Positions 35,601-48,700 of a stretch of DNA of 64,000 nucleotides are shown here, piece by piece. This stretch comes from Anaeramoeba ignava BMAN (lineage: Eukaryota; Protista; Anaeramoebae). The stretch's first letter is position 1. Every line of letters starts with the position of its first letter. The stretch spans positions 310,001 to 374,000 of the forward strand of contig JAPDFW010000058.1 in assembly GCA_028826165.1 (NCBI GenBank), read 5' to 3'. A model generated the notes under the pieces. That model saw only the letters and a program-made list of their open reading frames with translations, made no database searches and had not been told where the DNA came from. The position numbers and the translations under genes are program-made.

Positions 35601-38600
35601 ACAAAAAGAAGAGAATGAAAATGAAAAGAAAAAAGCAACAGAATCAGTTAAAAATACTTTGAAGAGAAGTAATAGTCTTATTGGACAAACATTCAAATCA
35701 TCATTAAATAGAAAGCAAATACTTGGAAAAAGTATAGAACACTCATCAAACCTTCACAATTCATTTATTGCAGAATCAAGTCAAAGCTTTATGTCTGATA
35801 AAGAAGATATAGGTGAAGTAAATGGGACTGAATCAAAGGAAGAAAAAGATATTCATGATATTGTGAATATTACACACTATTTTACAAACACATCTGATCC
35901 ATCAAAAACAGATGAAATGTATCTTAAAATCACAGTGTCTTCTATCATGCAAATCTTATCAGACTCTTCACTAAGCGCTTATCATGGAATGGCGCTTTCT
36001 TCACTCACTTTAATATTCACCTCTTTGGGTGACAGTTCAACATCATTTCTTAAACAAACATTGAAAACATTCTTCAAAGTTATAAGGAAATCAAGTAGCA
36101 TGTCAATTGATTTCATTTTCCAGCAGTTGTATTCCCTTGTGAACCACTTTAAATACCAAATGAAAGACTATCTTGAGGAAATACTTTCGTTTATTTTTGA
36201 AAATTGGTCATCGCACTTAATGTCCTCAATTGTGAGTTTGATTCAAGAATTATGTCTTGCATTTCCTGATGATGTTTCTGTTTATTTGCCAAATATCATC
36301 CCAAGATTCATCCAAGCAATCAATTTCGAAAGAACAAATAACAACAATTTTGCATCGGATGTGTTCTTTTGCTTCCAAATGTTTGGCAAAAAACTGGAGG
36401 ATTTTTTGCATATTGTGATCCCAGTTATTTTAAGGGTTTTTGAAGATGAAACTGAACAACAAAATGTGCGAATGGTTGCAGTTCAAACACTGCGCAAAAT
36501 TATATACAAAATGGATATATCAATATTTAGTTCCAGAATAATACATTCTTTTTTGAGAGTTTTAGAATCAAAAAACACCGAGCTTCAGAAACTGATTTTC
36601 CAAGTTTTGATGCAATTTACAACTCAATTCAAAGAACTATTCAAAATTTACATTCCTTTTATAAAAACAAGGATTCAAAACATCGAAACAAAAGAAAGTA
36701 TCCAACTTTATGAATTACTTGAGAAGGTGGAAAACGAACAGGAATCCTTATTATCCTTTATAAATAACAAGTCGGAAGACAATATAAATATGTCTCTACT
36801 CCATAGACAATCAACATCATTAATCCAAAATCTTGATGTCAAAATGCAGTTGAATCAATACAATCTCAGAAAGGCATGGGAAGTCAAACAGTGCACAACA
36901 AAAGAGGATTGGGAAGAATGGATAAGAAGGTTCGCGATAGAGTTGCTTCGCGAAAGTCCTTCATTAGCGCTGCGCTCATGCTCTGCACTTGCACAAATAT
37001 ATTATCCACTTGCAAAAAATTTATTCAATGTTTCTTTTCTAAGTTGTTGGAATGAAATATTAGATCATCATCAAGATAATCTTATTGAAAATCTACACAC
37101 AGCATTTTTATCACCGAATATCCCACCAGAAACACTTCAAATGCTTCTTAATTTGGCAGAATTTATGGATCATGTGAATCAACCACTTCCAATATCATAT
37201 TCTGTGCTTGGAAATCTCGCAAATAAATGCCAAGCATATGCCAAATCATTGAGATATAAAGAACTTGAGTTTCCAAAAAATCCATCAGAAGTGCTCAATT
37301 CATTAGTCTCAATTTCGAGTAAATTGCACTTGCTTGATTCAGCTATGGGAGCAATCAAATACGCGAATAAATATTATAACATTGAGTCTGAAGAATCTTG
37401 GTATGAAGAACTTCAGCAATGGGAACATGCACTTGAAGTTTATGAAAAAAAACAATTGGAAAACCCAATGAATATGGACTTAATGGTTGGAAGAATGAGA
37501 TGTCTTCATTCTTTGGGTCAATGGGAACAATTACTAAAATTGGGCGAACAAGCCTGGCAAATTACTGATGAAAATCATAGATTCGATATAGCATCAATGA
37601 CTACAGATTCTTTGTGGATGCTTGGAAACTGGAAATCAATGCAAAAATATGTTTATTCAATGGATGAAAAATCTTCTCAAGGCGCATTTCTTCGCGCAGT
37701 TATTTCCGTCCAAGAAAATGATTTTGATGCTGGTTTGAATTATATCACAATCGCAAGAGAGGCAATCATTCAATCACTAAGCACATTACTTAATGAATCC
37801 TATTCAAGAGCGTATTCAGAAATTATCCGAACTCAACAACTTGCGGAACTTGAGGAAATTGTTGAATACAAAACAACACGTAATTTCAAGAAAAAGGAAC
37901 TCGTTAAGAAATCTTGGGAATCAAGATTGTGGGGATGCGAAAAAACTTTTGAAACTTGGCTCAGAATTTTGGCTGTTAGAACAATTACATTGGGAAGAAA
38001 TGAAAATATGAAATCATGGCTTAAATTTACAAGAATTTGTGATAAAACTGATAATTTTAGACTTGCAGAAGAAACTTTGAAGAATCTATTAAAAATAGAC
38101 ACAGATTTGAGTGACTTGGCAATTGGAATTGATGAAAATAAGATTGATTTGTGGACTGAAAAATGCAAAACTTATCCTCAATCAATTTTCAAATATTTGC
38201 AGCATTTATGGCAAAATAATCAAAAACAAACCGCATTTAATGGGTTGTATATGTTTATTAATAAAATACCCGAAATAGACGAACTAAAGAATCTGAGAGA
38301 ATTCGACTCTTCCCATTTTCTGTCTAAAATTTATGTTTCTTTTGCAGAATGGAAGTTTGCTTTACAAGAAGGAAAATTTGATGAGAAAGCAATGATTGAA
38401 ATTTTAAATTCACTTCAACAAGCAATTCATTTCGATCCAAATTGCATCAAAGTTTGGCATTTATGGGCTCAAATGAATTACGACATGATCTCAAAACTTG
38501 AGAAAATGAACCATCTTCTTTCGGATTCCTTGATAAATAATTATTTGGTTCCAGCAATAAATGGATTTTTCAAGGCAATTTCTTTAAGTTCAAGTAGCAA

Positions 38601-41600
38601 AACTATTAGGGACACATTGAGACTATTAACTCTTTGGTTCAAATATGGGAAAAATCATAAAGTTTCAATGGAATTAAAAAATGGATTTAAATCAATTTCA
38701 ATTGATGTTTGGTTGCAAGTTATTCCTCAACTTATTGCAAGAATAAGCACTCATCATTTAATAATTAAGAAATTAATCCATCATATTCTTATTGAAATTG
38801 GAAAAGTTCATCCGCAAGCGTTAGTGTTTTCTTTGATTGTTGCTGAGAAGTCTCAACAGTTCGAAATGACTTTTAACAAGAAATTCCAGGATAATTTGTT
38901 TTCTTCAAAAGATATCATAACTACAACCACAACAACTTCAACCTCTTCAACCTCTTCAACATCTACTTCTTCAAATTCTCAATCATCAAACCTAAGTTTT
39001 TCTGGAGATGAATCTTTTATAAAGAATTTGGATCAGAGATATACTTCAAATAAATTTTCTCGTGTTTCTCAAGATGTTGAAGATGTTGAAAATGATGAAA
39101 ATGATGAAAATGATGAAAATGATGAAAATGTTGAAAATGATGAAAAAATTGGTTTTCAGAATTATATTAAATATAAAGATGAATTTAAAGCAAAAATGGA
39201 TATGGATGAATCAACATTTAGTGAAAGTGAAAGTGATTATTATGATGAAAATAAAAATGAAAATGAAAATCAATTCAAAAATGAAAACCAAGATGAAGAT
39301 CAATTTAAAATTGAACATGATTATTATGATGAAAATGAAAATCAATTCAAAAATGAAAATCAATTCAAAAATGAAAATCAATTCAAAAATGAAAATCAAT
39401 TCAAAAATGAAAATCAATTTAAAAATGAAAACCAAGATGAAGATCAATTTAAAATTGAACATGATTATTATGATGAAAATAAAAATAAAAATGAAAATAT
39501 AAATGAAAATGAAAATATAAATGAAAATCAATTCAAAAATCAAAATATAAATCAAAATCAAAATATAAATGAAAATATAAATGAAAATGAAAATGAAAAT
39601 GAAAATCAAAATATAAATCAAAATATAAATCAAAATATAAATGAAAATGAAAATGAAAATATAAATCAAAATCAAAATCAAATTCAAAATATAAATGAAA
39701 ATGAAAATGAAAATATAAATCAAAATAAAAATGAAAATATAAATCAAAATGAAAATGAAAATGAAAATATAAATGAAAATATAAATCAAAATCAAAATAT
39801 AAATCAAAATATAAATCAAAATCAAAATGAAAATGAAAATATAAATCAAAATATAAATCAAAATGAAAATCAAAATCAAAATCAAAATCAAAATCAAAAT
39901 ATAAATCAAAATATAAATCAAAATATAAATCAAAATATAAATCAAAATATAAATCAAAATCAAAATCAAAATCAAAATCAAAATATAAATCAAAATATAA
40001 ATATAAATCAAAATATAAATGAAAATCAAAATGAAAATGAAAATATAAATGGAAATAAAAATAAAAATCAAAATAAAAATGAAAATATAAATCAAAATGA
40101 AAATGAAAATCAAAATGAAAATCAAAATGAAAATGAAAATCAAAATGAAAATATAAATCAAAATGAAAATCAAAATCAAAATGAAATTCAAAATATAAAT
40201 CAAAATGAAAATGAAAATCAAAATCAAAATATAAATCAAAATCAAAATCAAAATCAAATTCAAAATAAAAAGAAAATTGATTTAAAGATCCAAATTGATA
40301 ATAGTAATGATAGTGAAAGTCAAAGTCAAAGTGAAAGCCTTTCATCTACAGAAAAAAATATTAGTCGTGAATATGATACAAATAAAGATTTATCAAATAA
40401 TACAACACCAAGGATTTATTCACCAAACATATCATCACAAAAAATATCATCAAGTGATTCCTTTTCAGATTCAGATTCAGATTTCAAGGAAGAATCAAGA
40501 GAAAATAGTAGTTTCCTTGAAAGTTACAAAAACGAAAAAAAAGCGCCATTTTATCAACTAACAAACAAAGAAGAAAATTCACAAGAAAATTTAGAGGAAA
40601 TTTTAAAAGGAAATTCCAAAGGAAATTTTTACAAAACAAAGAATATAAAACAAACTATAAGAAGACAAAACAAAAGTGAAAATGGTGAAAATTATAACGG
40701 AAATAATGAAAATCTTGCCAATTCACATAAATACGTAAATGATGCAACTTCAATAATCGAAACATTGAAACCATTTCATCCCGAAATCATTGAGCAAGCA
40801 AAAATAATCAGCGCGGAATTAATAAGAATTGCAATTTCTTGGCATGAAACATGGTTTGATGCACTTTATGAAACTTATCATCTTTATTTTGCAGAGAAAA
40901 ATTTTGTATCCATAATGGCAACACTTACTCCATTGCATGAAGTGATTGAAAAAGGAGGAGAAACCAAAAGTGAGATTGAATTTTTAAATGATTACGGAGA
41001 TGAACTTGCAACTGCAAGAGAAAATTGCCGACAATTTTCCAAAAGTCGAAATGAAAGCTTTCTCAAACAAGCATTGAATTTATACTCAATTTGCCTTAAA
41101 AAATTAGCAAAAGATACATCAGCAATAAAGTCGCTTAATCTTGAAACAGCATCTCCACAATTATTCAAAATGGAGAGCTCTTTAATTTCAGTTCCAGGAA
41201 CTTATCGACCTGGATTAAAAGAAATTTACATTGAAAAATTCGATCCCGAAATTGTCATTTTGAAAACCAAACAAAGACCAAGAAAACTCAAGATTTACGG
41301 AGAAGATAAATTGAAATATCAGTTTCTTTTGAAAGGAAAAGAAGATCTTCGACAAGATGAACGAGTAATGCAACTTTTTGGATTAGTAAACACATTCCTT
41401 TCAAATTCAACAACAAAAACATCAACAAAAACAAAACTTCATCTGAATATTCAACGATATGCGGTTGTGCCACTTTCGCCCAATTGCGGATTAGTGGGAT
41501 GGGTTCCGCATTCGGATGCTCTTCATGATTTAATCAGAGAATATCGCGAGGCAAATGGAATTGTTTTGAATCGTGAACATCTCGGAATTTCAGATTTTGC

Positions 41601-42378
41601 CCCCGATTTCGACAGTATGCAAATACCTCAGAAGGTTGAAGCCTTTGAATATGCATTATCACTTGGTGATGGGATGGAAATCAATAAAGTTTTATGGTTG
41701 AAATCACAAAATTCAGAAATTTGGTTGGATAAAAGAACCAACTACACGACTTCTTTAGCTGTCATGTCAATGGTCGGATATATTCTTGGTCTTGGTGATC
41801 GTCATCCTTCAAACATTCTCATGAACCAATACTCAGGTCAAATTTCACATATTGATTTTGGAGATTGTTTTGAGGCTGCAATGGAAAGAAGTCAATTTCC
41901 TGAAAAAATTCCTTTTCGTTTAACAAGAATGCTTTCGAATGCAATGGAGATTTCTGGTGTTGATGGGATATTCAGATCCACTTGTGAAAAAACTATGAAT
42001 ATTTTGAGATCTAATCGTGATTCTTTGATGGCAATGTTGGAAGCATTTGTTTATGATCCTTTATTTTCTTGGAAATTAAATTCTAGTGATGATCCTCATA
42101 TCCAAAAATTAAAAAAATTGCAGACAAGATCAAACACAATGCTTCCTCACTATCTTCGTTCTCTTTCAAATCAGGACAGCTCTCTTGATTTGGAAAATGA
42201 AGAAACTAATGAAAAAGCTGTTAGTATTGTTCTTAGGATTATTAATAAATTGTCTGGAAGAGATTTTGATGGTTCAATTAAATTGGAAATTGATCAACAA
42301 GTTCAGAAATTAATTGAAGAAGCAACTTCTCATCAAAATTTATCTCAATGTTATATTGGTTGGTGTCCTTTTTGGTGA
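32693..42378 (+). CDS. TOR: Target of rapamycin (TOR) PIKK kinase, 7 exons (32693..33385, 33457..33508, 33576..33835, 33908..34076, 34143..34610, 34681..35189, 35362..42378)
   Basis: IHGSLL, IGALDP, WEEWIRR..IELLRESPS.ALR, FAT domain (TLRLLTLWFKYG, WLQVIPQLIAR), FRB, kinase (EDLRQDERVMQLFGLVN, GLGDRHPSN, HIDFGDCFE, PFRLTRM) and FATC (NLSQCYIGWCPFW*). All six introns are GT-AG and in phase. Confidence 0.97.
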
Positions 42379-42504
42379 TTTTTTTATTTTTGAATTTTAT
42401 TTTGATTTCCAAAAAAATTTAAATCATTTATTCTTTTTTTTGAATTGAAAATTTTTAAATAAATCAAATTTGAAAAAAAAAAAACAGAAATTATTTATTA
42501 TTTT

Positions 42505-45500
42505 TTATTTTTTGTTTTTTATTGAAAATTTATCTAATTCCTTTCTAAAATTCTGGAAGGAATGAAACTGATAAAAATCATCAGCATCTTCCAATTCTTC
42601 AATAATTTCCTTTTTGATATTTGAAGGAAGAGAATCTGAATATAAATAATCAACTAAAATTTTAATTGTTTGATAATTTCGGTTTGAATAATCGTTGACT
42701 CTGTTTGAAGAGTCTTGAACACTCAGAAACATTCCTTTAAACAATTCACTTCTTGCAAATAAAACAACCTTGTGTGCCTTTACTTCTTTTCCTTCGACTA
42801 TTATTGCGAAATCTTTTGATTTTTCTTGAGAATTCAAATGTTTCAAATCTTTCAATAATCCTGAATAGTTTGATTTTTCGCTGATTTCTTGCGAATTGAA
42901 ACCGAGTTGGATAAGAATATCTTGGATTTCATATGAAAATGAACCTGTATAAATCCATTTGAGAATTTGATTTGCTGTTGATTCTGTGCATTTATTTAGG
43001 ATTGATTTCAAAACTTGAATTTTTTGATTTCCAATTCTCATTTCCAAAACAAGAGAATGAATATTTTTAAATCCATTCAAAAACGTAATGTTATCATCAC
43101 AAAACTCTTGGTTATCCAACAAATCCTTGAATTCCTGAACCAAAGAAGTGATTTCTTGTGTATAAACAAATGAATTCAAAGTTCCTGCATAAACAATAAG
43201 TGAATTATTTATATTGAGATTTTCAATTTGAATTTTTGTTGGTTTTAAAGAATTTTGAGTTATAAATCCAAGTTGAGAATAAGAATTAGTTCCCCAAACA
43301 AAAATTTCATTTTTATCATTTAAAGCAAGTGAATGAGCACAACCTGAAGAAATTTGGGTAATATTTTCATTTTCAAAATCCATTATTTTTTGGAAAGTGT
43401 ATGCGTTTTTTGATAAGTTTAATCCGTTGTGTTGATATGAGCCTGATGAATAAACTTGGCCTATCTTGTTTTCCAATACTAAAACTAATGAGAAATAATA
43501 TCCGCATTGGATGTCTATTATGTTTTCAATTTTTTGAGGGAAATTCACAATTTTTGGTGATTGTGAAGTTTGTAAATCGCCTATTCCAAGTTGTCCTGAT
43601 GAGTTTAATCCAGCGGAATAAAGTTTATTATCTAGTGTTATTGCGAAAAAAAAGTGTGCGTCGTTTCCTGAGTAAATTTTACTTATTTTTTCCATCAATT
43701 TTTTCCATTGAGGTAAATCATATTTTGCTTTTTTTTTTTTTTTTTTTTGAATTGAAATTAAATTGAATTAAAATTAAATTAAATTTAAATTAAATTAAAT
43801 TTAAATTGAAATATTTTTGGAATTTAAATTGAAATTGAAATATTTTTAAATTGAAATATTTTTTGAATTAAAATTAAATTAAATTAAAATATTTTTGGAA
43901 TTAAAATATTTTTAAATTGAAATATTTTTGGAATTAAAATTAAATTTAAATTTAAATATTTTTGGAATTAAAATATTTTTAAATTAAAATTAAATTTAAA
44001 TTGAAATATTTTTGGAATTGAAATATTTTTAAATTGAAATATTTTTGGAATTAAAATTAAATTTAAATTTAAATATTTTTGGAATTAAAATTAAATTAAA
44101 ATATTTTTGGAATTGAAATTAAATTAAAATATTTTTGGAATTGAAATATTTTTAAATTGAAATATTTTTGGAATTGAAATATTTTGAAATTGAAATATTT
44201 TTAAATTGAAATCAAATTAAAATTAAATTAAATTGAAATATTTTTGGAATTGAAATATTTTTAAATTGAAATATTTTTGGAATTGAATTTAAATTGAAAT
44301 ATTTTTAAATTGAAATCAAATTAAATTTAAATTGAAATATTTTTAAATTGAAATATTTTTGGAATTGAAATATTTTTAAATTAAAATTGAAATGAAATAT
44401 TTTTGGAATTGAAATTAAATTGAAATATTTTTAAATTGAAATCAAATTAAAATTAAATTAAAATTGAAATTAAAATATATTTGGAATTGAAATTAAATTG
44501 AATTAAATATATTTTTGGAATTGAAATATTTTTGGAATTAAAATTAAATTAAAATTAAAATATTTTTGGAATTAAAATATTTTTAAATTAAAATTGAAAT
44601 TAAATATTTTTAAATTGAAATTAAATTAAATTGAAATATTTTTGGAATTGAAATATTTTTAAATTGAAATATTTTTGGAATTGAAATATTTTTAAATTAA
44701 AATATTTTTGGAATTGAAATATTTTTGGAATTAAATTTAAATTAAATTAAAATTAAAATATTTTTGGAATTAAAATATTTTTAAATTGAAATATTTTTAA
44801 ATTGAAATATTTTTGGAATTAAAATATTTTTAAATTAAATTTAAATTAAAATATTTTTGGAATTGAAATATTTTTTGGAATTAAAATATTTTTAAATTGA
44901 AATATTTTTAAATTGAAATATTTTTGGAATTGAAATATTTCTTAATTTGGTTGTAAAGCATAACTACATATAAATTGAGTTTCTGGTAAAGCATCATGAC
45001 CATAAGTATATAAAGTATGGTCATCAAGAAGAATATAATATTGAGAAGCACCAGCAGCAATATCAATAACTTTAAAATCTTTTAACATTTCCAAAGGTTT
45101 ATCAGGAATCCATGCTTTTGAACTCTTTTCAAATAAATCAGAACCCCAACAATAAACTTTGTTATCAGTTGATAATCCAAAAAAAATTGAACTTCCAGAA
45201 AATATTTTAATAAAATCAATTTGTTTTTCCATTTTCCAAGTTTTTTTCTGATCAGATCCCATTACAATTAATTCATCTCGTGAATTAATAAATGTTGTTG
45301 ATGATATTGCAGATGCTATCATTTTAAAAGTTTCATTTTCAAGAATAGAAAAAGGTTGAGGAATATCAATTTTTTCTTCAGATGAAGTGAATCCAAGTTG
45401 AGTATATTTATTATATCTAAATTTAAAATTAAAATTAAAATTAAAATTATAATTAAAATTCATTTATAAAATTATAATTAAAATTATAATTATAATTAAA

Positions 45501-45690
45501 ATTAAAATTAAAATTAAATTTAAAATTAAAATTAAATTTAAAATTAAAATTAAATTTAAAATTAAAATTAAAATTAAAATTAAAATTAAAATTAAAATTA
45601 AAATTAAAATTAAAATTATAATTAAATTAAAATTATATAAAGAATTGAATTCTATTGCTAAATTTACCCCCAAGCAAAATTATTAAGCAT
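42505..45690 (-). CDS. Divergent RCC1 + tandem BTB protein, 3 exons (45690..45668, 45416..44968, 43727..42505)
   Basis: Spliced start MLNNFAWG|YNKYTQLG. RCC1 motifs (GLNSSGQLGIG, SSGCAHSL, WGTNSYSQLG). BTB tail KDFAIIVEGKEVKAHKVVLFARSELFKGMF. The second donor could be 3 nt further on. Confidence 0.85.
43750..44940. repeat. Intronic satellite of TTGAAATATTTTT(GG/A)AA units, ~1.2 kb
   Basis: Directly visible inside intron 2 of the RCC1-BTB gene; each unit contains the palindrome AAATATTT. Confidence 0.9.
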
Positions 45691-45773
45691 TTATTAAAAT
45701 GAAAAAAATGAAAACTTTTTTTATTTAAAATTTCCAAAAAAAAAAAATTAAAAAAAAAAAAAAAAAAAAACTT

Positions 45774-48700
45774 TCAATTTAAATCAGAAAAATCAAATTC
45801 AAATAAACCAAACCCCATAAAGGGTTTAAGAGAATAAAAGAACTTCGCAACTGAATCCAATTCTTGAATAAGATTATTAATAACTGGTTGCTTTTTTTCT
45901 GATAAAAATTTAAGAAAATTTTTGGACTCAATTTCAAGAATTAATTTTGCTATTAACCATTTCAAAGGAATAAACTCTTCTTGTGAAAAAACATTGCAAA
46001 GATCCAAAAGTACATCAAATAAGGAGATATTTTCTTGAGAAGAAAAAAGCAAATCTTCAAGAAAAACAAGCAGTTTTTTTCTTTTGGAAATTGAATAATT
46101 TTTGTATAAATTTAGAGAATACTTGAAAAACAACGGAAAAAAGTTTCTGGCTTCAGGAGTATTTAATAAATATATTATAAAATGCAAGACAGAGATGTCG
46201 TCAAGACAATCCTCGATCACATTGAATAGAGCATTGAGTTGTTTTTTGATAATCCGATGAACAGGAACAAAAAGAATTGAATTTTTGGGAAGATCATCCA
46301 AAAAATTTTTGATTGGTTCTTGGTAATCAGGAACAAGAACAAAAAGGGTGTATAAACAGAACGAGAGGGAATCATAGAAGGGTTGAGGTTGCATTGGGGA
46401 AGCGAGGATTAGGGTGAGTGGAGAGAGAAATAAAGTGGTGAATTCTTTAGATGAATATTGGCGATGTTGGGCAAAATTTGTGAATAAACGAACAGCGTCT
46501 GGTCTGTTTGTGCCAGGGATTTGGATCTGCGAGAGAAGTGCTTTTGCGAATTCATCGAGCGCAGGCTTTAATTGGTTAATGTTTTTGACCATTTCCGAAA
46601 AACTCCAATCAAAAAGTATTTGAATAATTGATCGTAAATTAGGAAATTCGAGCCAAATTCGGAAAAAATGTTTGATCAAAACAGATAATTTCTCAGCACC
46701 AAGAGAAACAAGGTTTGGGCGAGTAATGGAAGAGAGAATGATGCGGTGAGATGATGCATCAAGCAAAGAGCTGTTTGTTGTATAGGATGTGATGAATTGG
46801 GGAAAGAAGGATGAAAGAAGAGCAAATGAAAAGTGAGAGGTAATAAATTGGAATATACGAGCATGGAGAAGACGGAAGCCAGAAGTGGGTTGCATAAAAG
46901 AGAGCAGAGAAGAAAGCAGCTGGGATTTATTTTCTTGGGAGAATTCAAAAAGGATTTTATTGAGACAAGCAAAGAAGCACTGAACAACACGATCTGGGAA
47001 AGTGTGATCCAAGAAATGTATCAAAAACGAGAACAATATTTGTTTGTTTGGATCAGACATTTTTGATGTGTCGATGAATTGAAGAGCGAGAAGAAAAAGC
47101 TCCTGTGATCGTGGAGACCAGGAATGGAATGTGTCGATGATCTCGGGGAAAATGTCATTTTCAAAAGAGATTTTCAAAGGAGAGTTTGACTTTGGCAGGA
47201 AAAAAAGTAGCAAGTGGAACAAAAACGGCGGAGAATTAAGAGCGAGGATTGTTGAGGGATTAAATAGTTTGGTAAGAGGGTCTGAAAGAGGGTCTGGGAA
47301 GGCAATGGAAGGAGAAAGAATTTCAAGGATTGGAAGGAATTTTTCGATGAGATTGAATTTTTGAGGAGAATTTTGCAAAAGAGAAATTTCTGGGAGAAGA
47401 ACTGAGTTGAGAAGATTATTAGATAAGATGGAGAGGCTTTGTTCCTGCGGCTTTCGGGTTTTGATAAGCTTAGTCAGAGAGGAAAGAGTTATAGAAAGTT
47501 CTGTGATGTTTGACTGGGAATAACAAGAAGGAATTTTTTCAGAAAGTAAATTGAAAATATTGTCTGCAAGAAGAGCAGGCAGACGGAAAACAAAGTTGGA
47601 AGCGAGAAGCGATGCGTGGAGATCGTCGACAGCGGAGTTAAGAAGTCCGAGATGGAAGAAGCAGGATGCTCTGAGGAAGAAAAGATAGGGTCGAAAGGGT
47701 TTGGATTTGATTTTTGCGAGAACGGCGGTGTATCGAGATATTGCTGTTTTGTATTCTGAGGCGAGAAAAGTAAGATGAGCCTTTGACATTGAAACAGGGA
47801 ACTTTTCGTCTTTGAGAAGAATTGACTCGAGGAAGTCCTCCTCTGCCTCTGCTTTGATAATTTCAAGGGAGAGCGAATTTTCAATTTTTTGGATTTTTTG
47901 AATTTTTTGAATTTTTTCGATTTTTTGGATTTTTTGGATTTTTTTGTCAGTTGAAATTCCGAGAATACAAGATTCGTATTTGCAAAGGAAAACAAGACCG
48001 CGAAGAGAATAACACGAGGAGAGATATTTTGTCTGTTCGATAGCAGAAGTTGCGTCTTGAATTGCGAGTTTTTGGTTGCCAAGAAGGAAATGAACAAGAG
48101 ATCTGTACCAAAATTGAACGTTAACACGGAACTTGATTGACAAAGCGAGATCATCAAGAGCCTTGGATAACTTGTTCATTGCGATGAAGCATCGACCGCG
48201 GAAAAAGAGGCATTTGGGATTTTCAGGCTCAGAAGTGAGTACAATGTTGAGGTCATTTGCCGCATGGTGGAAGCTTCCAAGACCCATATAAGCCCTTGAT
48301 CGCCCGAGATAACCAGCAGGAGACTTTGGGGCGAGTTTGATCATTGCGGTGTAATCAGCAACTGCTGCCTCGAAATTGCTTGTTTTGTAGTGAGATCTTG
48401 CTCGGAATTCGAACAGCTCTGGATCGTCATTTTTAAGAGCGATTGCGCGAGAGAAGTCAGAAACGGATTTGCGTATTTGACCTACGCTCCAATGCGCCAC
48501 ACCGAGATTGAGATGGAAGTCTGGATCGTCGAGATAAGAAGGAGCGGAAAAAACAAAGTCAGAAATACATTCTCGAAACATGTTTTTTTCAAAGAACACG
48601 AAAGCTCGACTGTGGCGATATTTATGGCTCTTTGGGTCCAGCGCAATTGCCGAGGAGATATCTGCAAGAGCTTTATCAAGCTCGCTCTGTTTATGAAAAC

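Noticed and set aside
39062-40345. Long alternative-frame or antisense ORFs (poly-IL, poly-FD, poly-MK); also at 5812, 8074, 10243, 26347, 45464, 53562-53846 and 54192
   Set aside because: They are translations of stop-free hexamer microsatellites, not genes.
38853-40720. Intein in TOR (also considered for the PP2C insert)
   Set aside because: No N-terminal Cys/Ser block A, no C-terminal His-Asn followed by C/S/T, and no LAGLIDADG motifs; the inserts are low-complexity.
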